IMG/VR virus record: IMGVR_UViG_3300021256_000058
Coordinates: 1 to 53,822 of that record
Origin: a virus
Lineage: Duplodnaviria; Heunggongvirae; Uroviricota; Caudoviricetes
Strand: one strand, 5' to 3'
DNA length: 53,822 nucleotides
A program made the translations under genes and the position numbers. Below, in pieces: positions 26,910 to 37,535 of this stretch; positions within the stretch are counted from its first letter, which is position 1, and every line of letters begins with the position of its first letter. The notes beneath the pieces are model-generated. The model was not told the origin of the DNA, ran no database searches, and was given only the letters and a program-made list of their open reading frames with translations.

Positions 26910-26986
26910 TGGTGGAACGGAAGGGATTTGAACCCTCAACCCCCTGAGTGCAAATCAGGCGCTCTCCCAATTAGAGCTACCGCCCC
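26910..26986 (-). tRNA. tRNA-Ala(UGC)
   Basis: CCTGA-TTTGCAC-TCAGG, G3:U70. Confidence 0.95.
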
Positions 26987-27098
26987 ATATAAGTTGCTAT
27001 TTATATAGGTACATAGGGCAACTAATCCTATGCGGAGAATCACAACTGACCCTGCCGTGTGTAGTAGCTCGTCAATTCGAGCGCTTACTCTCCTCAGT

Positions 27099-27175
27099 TG
27101 GCGACTACGAGGGGACTCGAACCCCCGACCTCCGGCGTGACAGGCCGGCATTCTACTCTGCTGAACTACGTAGCC
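27099..27175 (-). tRNA. tRNA-Asp(GUC)
   Basis: CCGGC-CTGTCAC-GCCGG, GCCA. Confidence 0.95.
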
Positions 27176-27539
27176 ATATATTATTCTTCTTCTTCTTGGT
27201 CACCGTAAAGACATTTATTGATAATTTCTTTCGCAGTTTCTTCAATAGATTTTCCCCACATAATTTTCCATTGACTTTCTGCTACTCTATTGTGAATTTC
27301 TTTAATTTGTTTTGCTAAACTTTGCATATCATTCCTCTTCTTGAGATGCGCCGCCATAAACCCAAGCGCACCAATCATCATATTCTTCGGGGATAATTTC
27401 ATCAATCTGCTGTTCGGTCATAAAATCATCAAACATTTTTGAAATCTCCTTTTTGATTTTGTATATATATTATACCAAAATTTTTTGAAAAAATCAAATT
27501 GTTCTTATTTATTTAGAAAAATGACAATCTACGCTTGAA

Positions 27540-28330
27540 AAACTTTGTCCTACGAGTAGAAAAATTTTTTAATGGTAGGTGTATAACCGTCAACTTAACC
27601 TACTCTCACCTCCCGCGGGACGGCAAGTTTTGTTTTGCGGATTTACATAGGTTCATCATCATCTTAATTAGACTATAAAGACAATGCAGAGCTTGGTCGT
27701 GTCAAGATACTTCACCCGTTTCTATAATCGACTAAGGAGCGCTACTTCCTCTGGCCTCGGGGCGTTTCTTTATAGCGTAATTAAAAGATAGAAAGTATTC
27801 TTCTCATTTCAACTTGGACCTGTGAGAACTTTAGAGATCGGCCAGGGACAACTCCCCTACTGTTAAACAAACCACCTATCCTTTATGGACACTTAATAAA
27901 GTGTTGTTGCTTTTATTAAGTTGCTTTCGCTTGTTTATACCGTACATTAAAAATAAAGTGAAACTATATAATAGAATCTTTGCTTATATTCCTCTTTAAT
28001 CCCTCGGAAAGGTCAATTTCATCCGCACGAGAGGTTCGTTTGATGCCCCTTTATGCACCGATCGTTTCTATTATATATCCTCAATTCCCCCGCAGGGAGG
28101 ACCTGGACGCAAGCCCCATTAGCTAATTTGGAGGTTTTACCATCGCTATCGCAGATTAAACCTACCTTGAACGATGCGAATATACGAACTATTTGGTTTA
28201 CCTTTTGAAACCACTCAAGAGTATATTAGACCATCTGAAAAGTCATACGCCGCAGTTTAACAAGATAAGCGCAATTCGCTTGTGTCGTTTAAGAGCCTTT
28301 TGAGGAGCGACCTCATATCTCTCTCAACCT
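27540..28330 (-). ncRNA. Candidate large structured ncRNA or ncRNA cluster
   Basis: About 800 nt with no track ORF, directly downstream of a consensus promoter, with several inverted repeats. Confidence 0.4.
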
Positions 28331-28339
28331 TACATATAT

Positions 28340-28368
28340 ATTATATCATAATTTTTTTAAAAAATCAA
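28340..28368 (-). promoter_or_regulatory. Sigma70/sigmaA-type promoter, representative of a genome-wide repeated family
   Basis: TTGATT-17 nt-TATAAT then ATATAT and a purine-rich leader. Similar copies near 1170, 11890, 13310, 15655, 17385, 20920, 23907, 27497, 28865, 33302, 34157, 35862, 36487, 37498, 38477, 39385, 41809, 44320 and 46853. Confidence 0.8.
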
Positions 28369-28796
28369 TTATGATAAATAAACTGGTTAAAAATATCAAT
28401 TAATCCGTCAAGAGCATCAGGATGCTCATTTGCGAAATTAATTGCCCACGCATTAGCAGCCCATTCATCCGGAGTCAACCAATATTCTTCCGGCTCCAGC
28501 CCGATTTTAGTCAGCTGAAGGAGCAAAGACTCGATCTCAGAGAAATTCCATACGGTCATAAAATGACCAAGTTCATGCAGAAAAGCAGAAACCCACCATC
28601 CGCAGTAGTAGTCACAACCATACTCATACAGAAACTGCTCATAAGATTTCACAGTATATTCATTAGGAGACTCGAAAGACCAATAGAGGGTATCAGAAGC
28701 ACTATCAAAACAGAACACATCATTCTCTTCATTCTGACAACCAATAAAACCATTTTCTACCAACCACTGTTCAATAGCCTTGTTCACAGAATTCAT
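28365..28796 (-). CDS. HExxH metallopeptidase-like protein (ImmA/IrrE-like)
   Basis: AFLHELGHF...EWAANAWA. Confidence 0.6.
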   Translation of the reverse strand: MNSVNKAIEQWLVENGFIGCQNEENDVFCFDSASDTLYWSFESPNEYTVKSYEQFLYEYGCDYYCGWWVSAFLHELGHFMTVWNFSEIESLLLQLTKIGLEPEEYWLTPDEWAANAWAINFANEHPDALDGLIDIFNQFIYHN

Positions 28797-28861
28797 TTTG
28801 ATACCCTCCATTGATTTCTTTTTTTATTGTATATATATTATAATATATTTTTTTAAAAAAA

Positions 28862-29131
28862 TCAATTAGATGAAATTGATCTAATAAAATCAAAAATAGT
28901 AGGCCAAATTGCATATGCGGTCCCTGGATACCATTCTGTTTCTGAGGCCGCACTAATCATCTCTTGCTCTTCTTTAAAATTACGTTTATGCCCAGACTAC
29001 CCGCGGACTGCAACGAGCATTTCCGCAAATCTCAGTCGAGCATTTAAACATGACATTAAAGATTGATCTATTTCTTTAATAGCAGATAAAATTTGTTGTT
29101 CATCGCTATTATCAATTATTTTATTATTCAT
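28862..29131 (-). CDS. Chorismate-mutase(AroQ)-like small protein, 89 aa, 1 in-frame TAG
   Basis: IKEIDQSLMSCLNARLRFAEMLVAVRG(Q)SGHKRNFKEEQEMI; TAG at 28997; ATG overlaps the upstream stop. Catalytic residues only partly kept. Confidence 0.45.
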
Positions 29132-29448
29132 AATCCTAAACTTGCCAGAAGTTTATTAATATTTTCTGTTTCTTCTGGGGTAATTTCGGCTGGAGTAAAA
29201 CCACTTGGCTGGCTGGGAGATTCATTATCGAAATCCAATGTGTTACTATATCCACCGTCCGGAGTAGCAGCCCCAATCGCACCAATAGTTTTCTTAGGGC
29301 AAGTCATAGCAATAGCAATTTGTACCATTTCTCCATTCTCGGGGCAGTTAATATAAACCTTTTTATCAAATTCACCAACGAAATCGCTCCCAAAAGCTTC
29401 CGCGATCTTCTTTACAGCATATTCTTTAGCAATAGCACCTTTTGCCAT
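29128..29448 (-). CDS. Hypothetical phage protein
   Basis: ORF track, coupled to both neighbours. Confidence 0.75.
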   Translation of the reverse strand: MAKGAIAKEYAVKKIAEAFGSDFVGEFDKKVYINCPENGEMVQIAIAMTCPKKTIGAIGAATPDGGYSNTLDFDNESPSQPSGFTPAEITPEETENINKLLASLGL

Positions 29449-30833
29449 TAGCTAGCCTCCTCGTCTTCTCCAATAATTCTATCACACCAAAAACAAAGAT
29501 TCTGATGTGTTCTTCTATTATACCTTAAATGATCTTTAAATAATACTTGATGGCAATGCTCGCATTGTCCAACGTATTCAGAATGACATGCTTCGCAAAT
29601 TGCTTGGCCTTCAACCATAAAAGCATCATCAATAAACATACGATTCCCGCAACAAGTGCAATATGTTACTTCATCATCATATGAAAGATTACCATATTCC
29701 AATTCACATTCTTTACAGAACATAGATGCCGTACTACAACAATCATCCTTGCCGCATACGATACATTTTGCGGGACCACCTATAGTAATCTTAACTCCTC
29801 TTGATCCTTTCCATTTATGAACCATATAATATGGTTTATAACAAGTAGAATCCAGAAGGTCATTAAAATAAAATGAACTGGCGCCCGGTTTAATCAATTC
29901 ATGCTTAGAATATAGAGTTCCATTAATATTAACATATTCATCTTTTAATTCCATATCACAGGGGCCATTATCCATAGGCCCAATAGATGGTTTAAATGGG
30001 AATGTATTAATAACTTCATCATGCCAAACACTCCAATCATTTACATCATTATGGAGATATTTAGCAATCAATGGACGCAAATAATCTAAGGCATCAGCCG
30101 ACATAAATGGGTACTGTCTACCCGCAAATACTACATTCCAATTATCAGAAAGAAAGAATAAGCATCGCCATTTCTTTGAATTCCATGGAACATCTGCGGG
30201 GAAATTGGGCAGTCGCGCAGATTCATGTCCTTTAAGATATACCATAAAGGTACTACTATCTGTTATATAAGATAGATTCCCAGTGCGGTAGTCTCCATCC
30301 AAGGCATGACAAGACCGCCAGTTATAATCATTTTCACTGGCTGAAAGAAAATCAAGGGGATGTACTGAGAAACAGAGTTTCCCACTTACTTTATCCTCCT
30401 GGATTAACATACTCGCTTTTGTTTGTAATTGATCTAATGCTTCTGAGTCATGCTCAAAATATTTAAATGCTTTAACTAATTTCATTCCACGAGGAATAAA
30501 AATACCATTAATTGCATAGTCTTTACGAACTATATTACTCCAGAATCCATCCCCTTCTGTGAGAATAAAAGAGCTTAATTCTGGATTACGCCAAGTATTT
30601 TCAACCGTTTCGCAAAACTCGACTAACTTTTCATGTTTTGCTTTTGGACTAAGTTCAAAATGAACTTCTTCGGGGAGTTCGACAATATATCGACCTCCCC
30701 AAGATTCAATAATGGATTGTTTAGCTTCCAGCCAAGTGTCAATGTACTGACGGACGGCACTCTGAGTTGCTGTCCCCTGCGAGAACTGGAGTACCTTTGT
30801 CATTTTTTCCACTATATCCTGAATACTTTCCAC
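29448..30833 (-). CDS. Hypothetical protein with HPLD/WxSC motifs and C-terminal Zn fingers
   Basis: SVHPLDF...NWRSC...WNSKKWR, multiple CxxC; paralog of 34174-35799. Confidence 0.8.
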   Translation of the reverse strand: MESIQDIVEKMTKVLQFSQGTATQSAVRQYIDTWLEAKQSIIESWGGRYIVELPEEVHFELSPKAKHEKLVEFCETVENTWRNPELSSFILTEGDGFWSNIVRKDYAINGIFIPRGMKLVKAFKYFEHDSEALDQLQTKASMLIQEDKVSGKLCFSVHPLDFLSASENDYNWRSCHALDGDYRTGNLSYITDSSTFMVYLKGHESARLPNFPADVPWNSKKWRCLFFLSDNWNVVFAGRQYPFMSADALDYLRPLIAKYLHNDVNDWSVWHDEVINTFPFKPSIGPMDNGPCDMELKDEYVNINGTLYSKHELIKPGASSFYFNDLLDSTCYKPYYMVHKWKGSRGVKITIGGPAKCIVCGKDDCCSTASMFCKECELEYGNLSYDDEVTYCTCCGNRMFIDDAFMVEGQAICEACHSEYVGQCEHCHQVLFKDHLRYNRRTHQNLCFWCDRIIGEDEEAS

Positions 30834-31809
30834 CAAAAATTTCCTTTCGACAATCTGGGCAAAGACTTGTTGGGAACCCAGTATTGTGATCTTCTAATTC
30901 AAAAGGCTCATTACAACTATGGCACCACCCAACATGGTCAACCAAGCAATCTGGGCAGAAGTTCGCAGTTCCACCCTCAAGGAGTTTCACTGGGAACATT
31001 TCTTCCTGCATATACCAATGCCCGCAATTATAACAATGGTGGGCATCGCCCTTAGTATGTTTGGGAACTCTTTCACGATAATAACCCCATCCATAATCAT
31101 AAGATGCAGGAATATATTCAAATTTAGTATTATTATTCGCAGTCAACATTTTTTTCACTTTATCAATCGTAGAAAGAAGCTGACCAACAAACAATACTTC
31201 TTCGCGGGTATGTTCATCACGATACCCAACTGATAAATTCACCCCAGCAATTCCCCAAGCTGGGCATAAAATACTTATATCACTGAAAGTTCCCCATGAT
31301 TCAACAAACCCAAAACTTTCAATGTATTCAACAAAAATAGGATTATCGCAATCATAGAAAACACAGTCGTTAGATCCTTGCCTGTCAAGCTGAATAAAAT
31401 ACCGAATATTCTTAAACGGGCAATCCTCATAAGAGAGCATATTTGCCCCTTGTCCACCAATTTCTTCATCGGTGGTAAAAATAATATGAGGTTTAAATCC
31501 AGCTTTTATAATCTGTAAAATGGCAAATACACCGGCTCGGTCATCTGCCCCAAGCCCCTGCGGACTCCACATTACATTCTGTCGAGTGTCATAAAAAATT
31601 TCTTTTGGCGGCTTTGGAAAAACAGTATCCATATGAGCAACCAAGCAGATAGGGATAGTCCCTTGAGCTACGATATAATCTTCTGTCATTGTGACATCTT
31701 TATAACCGACTTTCCGCAATGTTGCCGCCATAGCCACACGCAAACCATCTTGTGTAAGTCCTGCTATCTGTTTGAAAGTTTTAACTTCCGAATCTTTGAA
31801 TGTCCGCAT
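30739..31809 (-). CDS. M28/M20-like zinc hydrolase with C-terminal Zn fingers
   Basis: VAHMDTV, LGADDRAG, TDEEIGG, QLDR, SD, NLSVGY..EH. Confidence 0.85.
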   Translation of the reverse strand: MRTFKDSEVKTFKQIAGLTQDGLRVAMAATLRKVGYKDVTMTEDYIVAQGTIPICLVAHMDTVFPKPPKEIFYDTRQNVMWSPQGLGADDRAGVFAILQIIKAGFKPHIIFTTDEEIGGQGANMLSYEDCPFKNIRYFIQLDRQGSNDCVFYDCDNPIFVEYIESFGFVESWGTFSDISILCPAWGIAGVNLSVGYRDEHTREEVLFVGQLLSTIDKVKKMLTANNNTKFEYIPASYDYGWGYYRERVPKHTKGDAHHCYNCGHWYMQEEMFPVKLLEGGTANFCPDCLVDHVGWCHSCNEPFELEDHNTGFPTSLCPDCRKEIFGGKYSGYSGKNDKGTPVLAGDSNSECRPSVH

Positions 31810-31869
31810 CTGATAACATTCCTTTCATATTATAAAATAATTATATCATATTTTTTTTAAAAAAACAAC

Positions 31870-32646
31870 TCAGTTCTCTTTCTACTCAGAGATGCCTTTC
31901 AAAAGCTCGGGATTAGCGAGATCAAGCATGCGGTAACAAAGATGGCATGCTCCGCCACTTTGACAGGCTTGTTTGCAATTAATACGTTTTGTGGCAAGAC
32001 TTGGGGGAATCATACGATTAACACCAGGATAATTTAAGTTAGTAATAAGCATACTTAAATCACCAGACCAATTCTTTTGTTCTGCGTATATGCGGTACAT
32101 CGCTTGCTCTCGATCAATTTTACTTTGCTCAAATTCTATAATGTCTATATATGGTTCATATTGGCCTACGTCTTCCGGCCGGATCCACTGCCCGCACACT
32201 CCATCAGACATTGGGACAAAGGTATCATATGCTACTGTTGGTATAGCTCGAATAGGTGCTTCGCATATCTTCTTCACATTAACTAGGTCATGCGTGAGAG
32301 GGGCCGCCAACCGCACATATGATACTCCAAGTTTTAAGATCCCCTGTAACTCATAATATGTAGAAATAGGGTATCCATAAAAGAATGGAATGTTTAATTG
32401 TTTACAAATAATAAATTGGTCAGCATCTGCAAGGCATACATAAAATTTAGTTAAAACTAACTTATGGATACGTTTTACTTCTTGCCAATCAACATCTTTT
32501 TCCCAACCGATATTTAATACTATATCTGCTTCTGGATATTTTCGTACCAGATCAATAATTGAGTTTCTATCTCTATAATCCACCATAATTTCGTCAGCCT
32601 TTTGGAGATATTCAGACGAAACACGAGAATGTAAACTATAACGCAT
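31870..32646 (-). CDS. Hypothetical protein with C-terminal Cys cluster, possibly U32-related
   Basis: Start MRYSLH with AAGGAGG SD; WIRPED...CKQACQSGGACHLC; TAG at 31882 read through to TGA at 31870. Confidence 0.65.
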
Positions 32647-32824
32647 ATAGTCCCCTCCTTTTATTATATTATACCATAATTTTGGAAGAATTGCAACTAA
32701 AAATACTAAACGGTTTTTGCATTTGGGGGCTCGGTGTTGTCGCGCGTGGCCGGCCGGAGCAGTCATATAGTACCAAAAAACCCCTATAGGATTTCTCCTA
32801 TAGGGGTTTTTATTATTTTATAGA

Positions 32825-33199
32825 TCAAAGAGCACGGAAGCCCTGCACACGCCGAGCCTTAGAAGTCTCGGTAGCCGGAATCTGGAGCTCAGCCTTCTCG
32901 GCACGGCCTTCCTTCACCAGCGCATTCAGCCGGTAGGTCACCTTCGCCGGGGTCACATCCTCACCCTCAACCGCAGCCGCGATGTCAGCGATCGGAGCGA
33001 AGTCCTCGGTCAGGGCTGCGAACACAGCCTCGGTAAGCTCGTCACCCTCAGCTCTCTTCTTAGCCGCACGCTCCTTAGCCTTAAAAGCCTTCGCATCAAG
33101 GGCTGCGATCTCCTTCTCGCAGAACTCCTTGCAAACAGCGGCATCAACAGTGCCATTCATAATAGCGGTCAGGATCTCTCTCTTCGTCATCTTAGTCAT
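32825..33199 (-). CDS. Small basic protein with winged-HTH-like C-terminus (family A, distant copy)
   Basis: MTKMTKRE...EIAALD...KVTYRLNALVKEG resembles the genes at 47966, 48786 and 49726. Confidence 0.75.
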   Translation of the reverse strand: MTKMTKREILTAIMNGTVDAAVCKEFCEKEIAALDAKAFKAKERAAKKRAEGDELTEAVFAALTEDFAPIADIAAAVEGEDVTPAKVTYRLNALVKEGRAEKAELQIPATETSKARRVQGFRAL

Positions 33200-33328
33200 A
33201 GTATTCACCAATTTCCTTTCATTAATTAATTTTTTTTAGTGGTGTTTTTTGTCTTTCTTTATCTTACAAGTATATTATAATATATTTTTTTTAAAAAATC
33301 AATTTGTTTTTTGTTTACCGAGGAAGAA

Positions 33329-34093
33329 TTATTCATCTTCCTCGTCCATCGCGTTTCTGGCTTCCTCACTTATGAACACTTGCTCGTCAAACGAGTCAAG
33401 ATTAAGAAGGGTAGTGATGCCCGTGTAGTGGACACCGCAATCTATGTCAACCTTGTGATTACCGCAGTACCAATAGGCTCCTGGCTCAATCTCTTCCTTC
33501 TGTGAAATGTTATCAAGATTACGTCCAGTCATTCTTGCTATCATGGTACGCTCTTCAAGGATATAAGGGATAGGCGTATGCCCATGAACAATGAGGTCGT
33601 TACCATTACGCTCCTCATTCCAATCATCATGCAGGAAATGATTGCGGTCCCAAATCAGATCGTCTCCCCAACCATGCCAATCTTCCTCATCCGGTGTAAA
33701 ACCTGCATGACTCATACGCACTCGAACCCCATCGGGATTAATATATTCAAGGTAATCAGGGAATTGTGCAACCTTCTGGAGGACTTCATACCACTCAGGG
33801 TCAGCCCGCAAAGCCTTGTGAGTGACCTTCCCACCATTCCAGTACCACTGTTCAAGAGTCTCTGGATCATGCGGAAATCGCAGCAGTGCATCTACCATCA
33901 TACTTTCATGATTACCCATAATATAGATGAAACGAGGATCATTCATAATATCTCGCATAATCTGCCATCCATCCGGTCCTCGATCAATGGCGTCGCCAAG
34001 GAAATAAACCTTGTCTTTTGGGTCAATGGTTTCAAGGATCTGATCAAATGCCCAACGCTGACCATGAAGATCACTGCACGCCCATACGCTCAT
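33329..34093 (-). CDS. Calcineurin-like metallophosphoesterase (phage Ser/Thr phosphatase type)
   Basis: SDLHG, LGDAIDRG, GNHE, HAG, HGHTP, DIDCG. Confidence 0.92.
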   Translation of the reverse strand: MSVWACSDLHGQRWAFDQILETIDPKDKVYFLGDAIDRGPDGWQIMRDIMNDPRFIYIMGNHESMMVDALLRFPHDPETLEQWYWNGGKVTHKALRADPEWYEVLQKVAQFPDYLEYINPDGVRVRMSHAGFTPDEEDWHGWGDDLIWDRNHFLHDDWNEERNGNDLIVHGHTPIPYILEERTMIARMTGRNLDNISQKEEIEPGAYWYCGNHKVDIDCGVHYTGITTLLNLDSFDEQVFISEEARNAMDEEDE

Positions 34094-34173
34094 TGTTTTT
34101 CATCTCTCTTTCTTTATCTTATGTATATATTATATCATTTTTTTTATTTTTTGTCAAAGAGACTATCTTTGGT

Positions 34174-35799
34174 TTAGAACCAAAGATGAGTCTCTTCAAT
34201 AGGACGAAAATAATTATCCTGATCATTTTCATCCCACAGTCCGAATGCTCGGAATCCACTATCGGTCAAATCTTCACGATCAACCCAATAGACAGTCGTA
34301 TCAGGGGCAACTTCCTTAGACTTGATAGAATCATATCCATCAATAAGGAAATTTTTTGCACGGTAAGGATAATCACCATCCAGGTCGCAAATGATGCTTC
34401 TATAGCCATAGTCGGCTTCATTCATAGCTTCCGGAGTGTCATCATTTGTACGCCGCAGATATACGGTACGTGAATCTTCTACAGCAATCGGTTCATCATA
34501 GTTAAACTGATTCTGATTGAAACGTTCTGCGTAGCACTCTTCGCAATAACCCTCATCATCTACCCAGAACAGGTCATCTTCACGATGGAAATGAGCGCCG
34601 CAGCAGGAGCAAGTATAATATTCGCCGCAATCTTCGCAGTAGAGAGCTTCCTCACAATCAAAGCTATTGCTAATACTACCACACCACATGCATTCGCTTT
34701 CGCCAGAATAGCACAGGCTATATTCGTCATGGGCATTCAGCTGATTCATGACACGAGCAGTATTAACCAGCATATGGTGGCTGCGGTCCATGGTACCGAA
34801 ATCATTGTACATGGTCTCAGTCCAAAAGGCAAAAGTAGCTCTGTTACCATCACGCAGTTTAACTGAACCGCAGTCATTAAGGTAAATGGAATCGTAATCA
34901 TACTCGTGATCCCAATTCTTTTTAGCCAGATCACGCAGGAAAGCAAGAACTGCATCAACCAGAGAAACAGACTGATAAGGATAACCCTTAACTTCGGAAA
35001 TGACATCCTTGTTCACGATGAACAGCTCACGCCATTTCTTGGAGTTCCAAGTCTCATCCCGATAACCGGTTTCCAGAGACATTTCTTCTTCCGCAGTCAG
35101 ATATGCAACAATCGCAACAGGGGAATTCATCATTTCGACAGTGCCACGACGATAGCAGCCACTGTTCTTCCAAGACATGCAGGATTCCCAGTTGCACGCA
35201 TTATCGCTCATGGTCATATAGTCCAGAGGATGAATGGACAGGCAAAGATTACCATGCAGATGCTTCTGGTTCAAAAGCATAGAATGCTTCAGACGGAATT
35301 CTTCAAAACCGTCAATATTGTACATCGTGGCAATCTTACCGAGGGTCTTGATGGGCTTGCAACCGCAATTTACCTTAAACAGCTTGCCGTCCTTACCGGT
35401 GAAGCTAAAGCTGTTATAATCCATCTTATTTTCAGCCAGAGCATCAGTAGTGATAAGCTCCATCAGAGAATAACGTACAGGGATCAGAGTCGGCTCGCTA
35501 GAAATCGCGTTCAGGAAGCTACGCCGAAACGTGTACATTTCTCCGGGGTAATCCATCGCCTCGCCGATCTTTCTTTTCACGTCATCCACATCGAGAGGAA
35601 TCTCAATATCTTTGGAGACGATCAGTTCGCCGCCAAACAGCTTAAACAGATCGCGCTTATTGGCATCCCAGATACGCAGGATATAATCAATGTCAGCACG
35701 ACGGTGAGAAGGACCGTCCGCATCATTCAGGCGTCCATACGCAGAAATATAATGGGACATCATTTCCTTTTCATGATTAGTCAGTTTTTCAAGCAACAT
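34174..35799 (-). CDS. Hypothetical protein with HPLD/WxSC motifs and Zn fingers
   Basis: SIHPLDY...NWESC...WNSKKWR; paralog of 29448-30833. Confidence 0.8.
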   Translation of the reverse strand: MLLEKLTNHEKEMMSHYISAYGRLNDADGPSHRRADIDYILRIWDANKRDLFKLFGGELIVSKDIEIPLDVDDVKRKIGEAMDYPGEMYTFRRSFLNAISSEPTLIPVRYSLMELITTDALAENKMDYNSFSFTGKDGKLFKVNCGCKPIKTLGKIATMYNIDGFEEFRLKHSMLLNQKHLHGNLCLSIHPLDYMTMSDNACNWESCMSWKNSGCYRRGTVEMMNSPVAIVAYLTAEEEMSLETGYRDETWNSKKWRELFIVNKDVISEVKGYPYQSVSLVDAVLAFLRDLAKKNWDHEYDYDSIYLNDCGSVKLRDGNRATFAFWTETMYNDFGTMDRSHHMLVNTARVMNQLNAHDEYSLCYSGESECMWCGSISNSFDCEEALYCEDCGEYYTCSCCGAHFHREDDLFWVDDEGYCEECYAERFNQNQFNYDEPIAVEDSRTVYLRRTNDDTPEAMNEADYGYRSIICDLDGDYPYRAKNFLIDGYDSIKSKEVAPDTTVYWVDREDLTDSGFRAFGLWDENDQDNYFRPIEETHLWF

Positions 35800-35862
35800 A
35801 TTCTGTCGTCTCCTTTATCTTTATTGTATATATATTATAACAAAAATTTTTAAAAAAATCAA

Positions 35863-36426
35863 TTAAGCCTTTTTTCGCTTGGCTTTTTTCTTCGTAGCAG
35901 TATCAATGGTAGATCTATGCAAGAGGGTAACTTCAGTTAACCGACCAGATTTAACAAACTGGTTAAAGTTGACAGGGATATACTTGATAACATCAGAACA
36001 TACGCAAAGATGCCCTTTGCGGTCAAAGGTACTCATATGAGTATGTCCATGGATGTTAAATGCCCAATCAATAGCGAGAGGCTCATGCGAAAGAATAATT
36101 TTCTCGCTAATCATCAGAGGGCCGCCATATACTTCATCAAAGATACCTTCATAATTGCTGACTCCGCCATCGTGGTTCCCTTTGACAAGGACTTTGTATC
36201 CACGAAGCTGCTTCGCGCACTCAAGATCACCAACATCACCGAGCAACAAAAGAGTATCTTTACGTCCAACCTTGGAGTTGATTAACTTGATTTGCTCTTC
36301 AGCAGAAGGACGATCAGGGAAAACGATCCGAAGATCGTTATCTTCATTAAAATGCGGATCACTGTAAAGCCATACAGTGCCTTGCTGATGCCAATGATCG
36401 AAACACTTATATAATCCTTGAATCAC
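35863..36426 (-). CDS. Calcineurin-like phosphoesterase
   Basis: SDPHF, LGDVG, KGNHD, SHEP, IHGHTH. Confidence 0.9.
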   Translation of the reverse strand: MIQGLYKCFDHWHQQGTVWLYSDPHFNEDNDLRIVFPDRPSAEEQIKLINSKVGRKDTLLLLGDVGDLECAKQLRGYKVLVKGNHDGGVSNYEGIFDEVYGGPLMISEKIILSHEPLAIDWAFNIHGHTHMSTFDRKGHLCVCSDVIKYIPVNFNQFVKSGRLTEVTLLHRSTIDTATKKKAKRKKA

Positions 36427-36503
36427 AGCCTTACAGCTCCTTTCTTTATCTTACAATATATTATAACATTTTTTAATAAAAAAATCAAAAAAGATCAATG
36501 GTC

Positions 36504-36722
36504 TTAGCGACCATTGATCACTTGCTCCATGTACTCGGCTTCAGCATCCGTAATAGACTCCAAAGTTCGGCCCCACTTCCTGCAAATTTTATCCTGCTCT
36601 ACTGGATCAGTCGCACCTTTTTCACGAATTTCACGAGCTGCATTATACAGTGATCCAGTATAAGCAGTAAAAAGAAAATCATCACGAGGATCTGGTGCCC
36701 AAATATTATATGGATTTCTCAT
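36504..36722 (-). CDS. Hypothetical protein
   Basis: ORF track, AGGAGG SD. Confidence 0.7.
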   Translation of the reverse strand: MRNPYNIWAPDPRDDFLFTAYTGSLYNAAREIREKGATDPVEQDKICRKWGRTLESITDAEAEYMEQVINGR

Positions 36723-36734
36723 GGTAATTCCTCC

Positions 36735-37436
36735 TTACCCAATTCTGCAACGAGTCAGAATGGTCTGATTCGTATTCTTGTAGGTACGATGGTCCTTCAC
36801 AGTACCCTTTACATGGTACTCAGTGCCTTCAGTGAGAGTTTTTGCGGCAGTCGTCCATACGAATTCATTGCCGCAATCGTCATGCATGATATGCATGGTG
36901 CTAGAGCCATACTGATTCTCAAGAGGAATTGCACGGTCAACAGTGAGATAAACGTCAAGGCGCTCTCCCACTTCACCGACAAATTCGCTCTCACTCGGCT
37001 CATAGATCAGAGTCTCAATGTAAGCCTTAATGGTATCTTCGTCCTTCAGCTTATCATTATCGGAAACTTCTTCCCAAGTGAGACGGATAGGCTCAATGCC
37101 GGCCGGCAGAGGATCAGGAAGCTCTTCCGTAGAAGGGAAGTACCAGCCCCACATACGAGCATAACGAGCTGGAGACGCAGAGAACCAATCCTTCAGGCTA
37201 TAAGTATCACCTTTGAAAATGGTGATATACCCCTTGGCAAAGCCAAGGGCTTCTTTGCGGCTATGCGGGACAGCAGTCTCTGCTACGCCATAAAGCTTGG
37301 CGTATTCCGCATCGGAATACCAGCGCACACGCTGAGTAGAGCCATCGGCTTTCCGCACCATCACATACATTTTATTACCCTGTGCAAACGGATTTCCAAT
37401 CTGTTCGAGGGACTGATAGCTTTTTGCAACTGCCAT
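36735..37436 (-). CDS. Hypothetical protein with probable C-terminal OB fold
   Basis: SEFVGEVGER...GNEFVW...KGTVKDH..YK...T.LTR. Confidence 0.7.
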   Translation of the reverse strand: MAVAKSYQSLEQIGNPFAQGNKMYVMVRKADGSTQRVRWYSDAEYAKLYGVAETAVPHSRKEALGFAKGYITIFKGDTYSLKDWFSASPARYARMWGWYFPSTEELPDPLPAGIEPIRLTWEEVSDNDKLKDEDTIKAYIETLIYEPSESEFVGEVGERLDVYLTVDRAIPLENQYGSSTMHIMHDDCGNEFVWTTAAKTLTEGTEYHVKGTVKDHRTYKNTNQTILTRCRIG

Positions 37437-37535
37437 ACATCGCATCTCCTTTTCTTTATCTTATGTATATATTATACTATTTTTTTTAAAAAAAATCAAA
37501 AAAGCGTAAAGAGTTTAATCTTTACGCTTTTTCTT

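Noticed and set aside
28024-28037. Sarcin-ricin-loop-like ACGAGAGG
   Set aside because: Only 8 nt match, the AGUA bulge context is missing, and it is on the strand opposite the local promoter.
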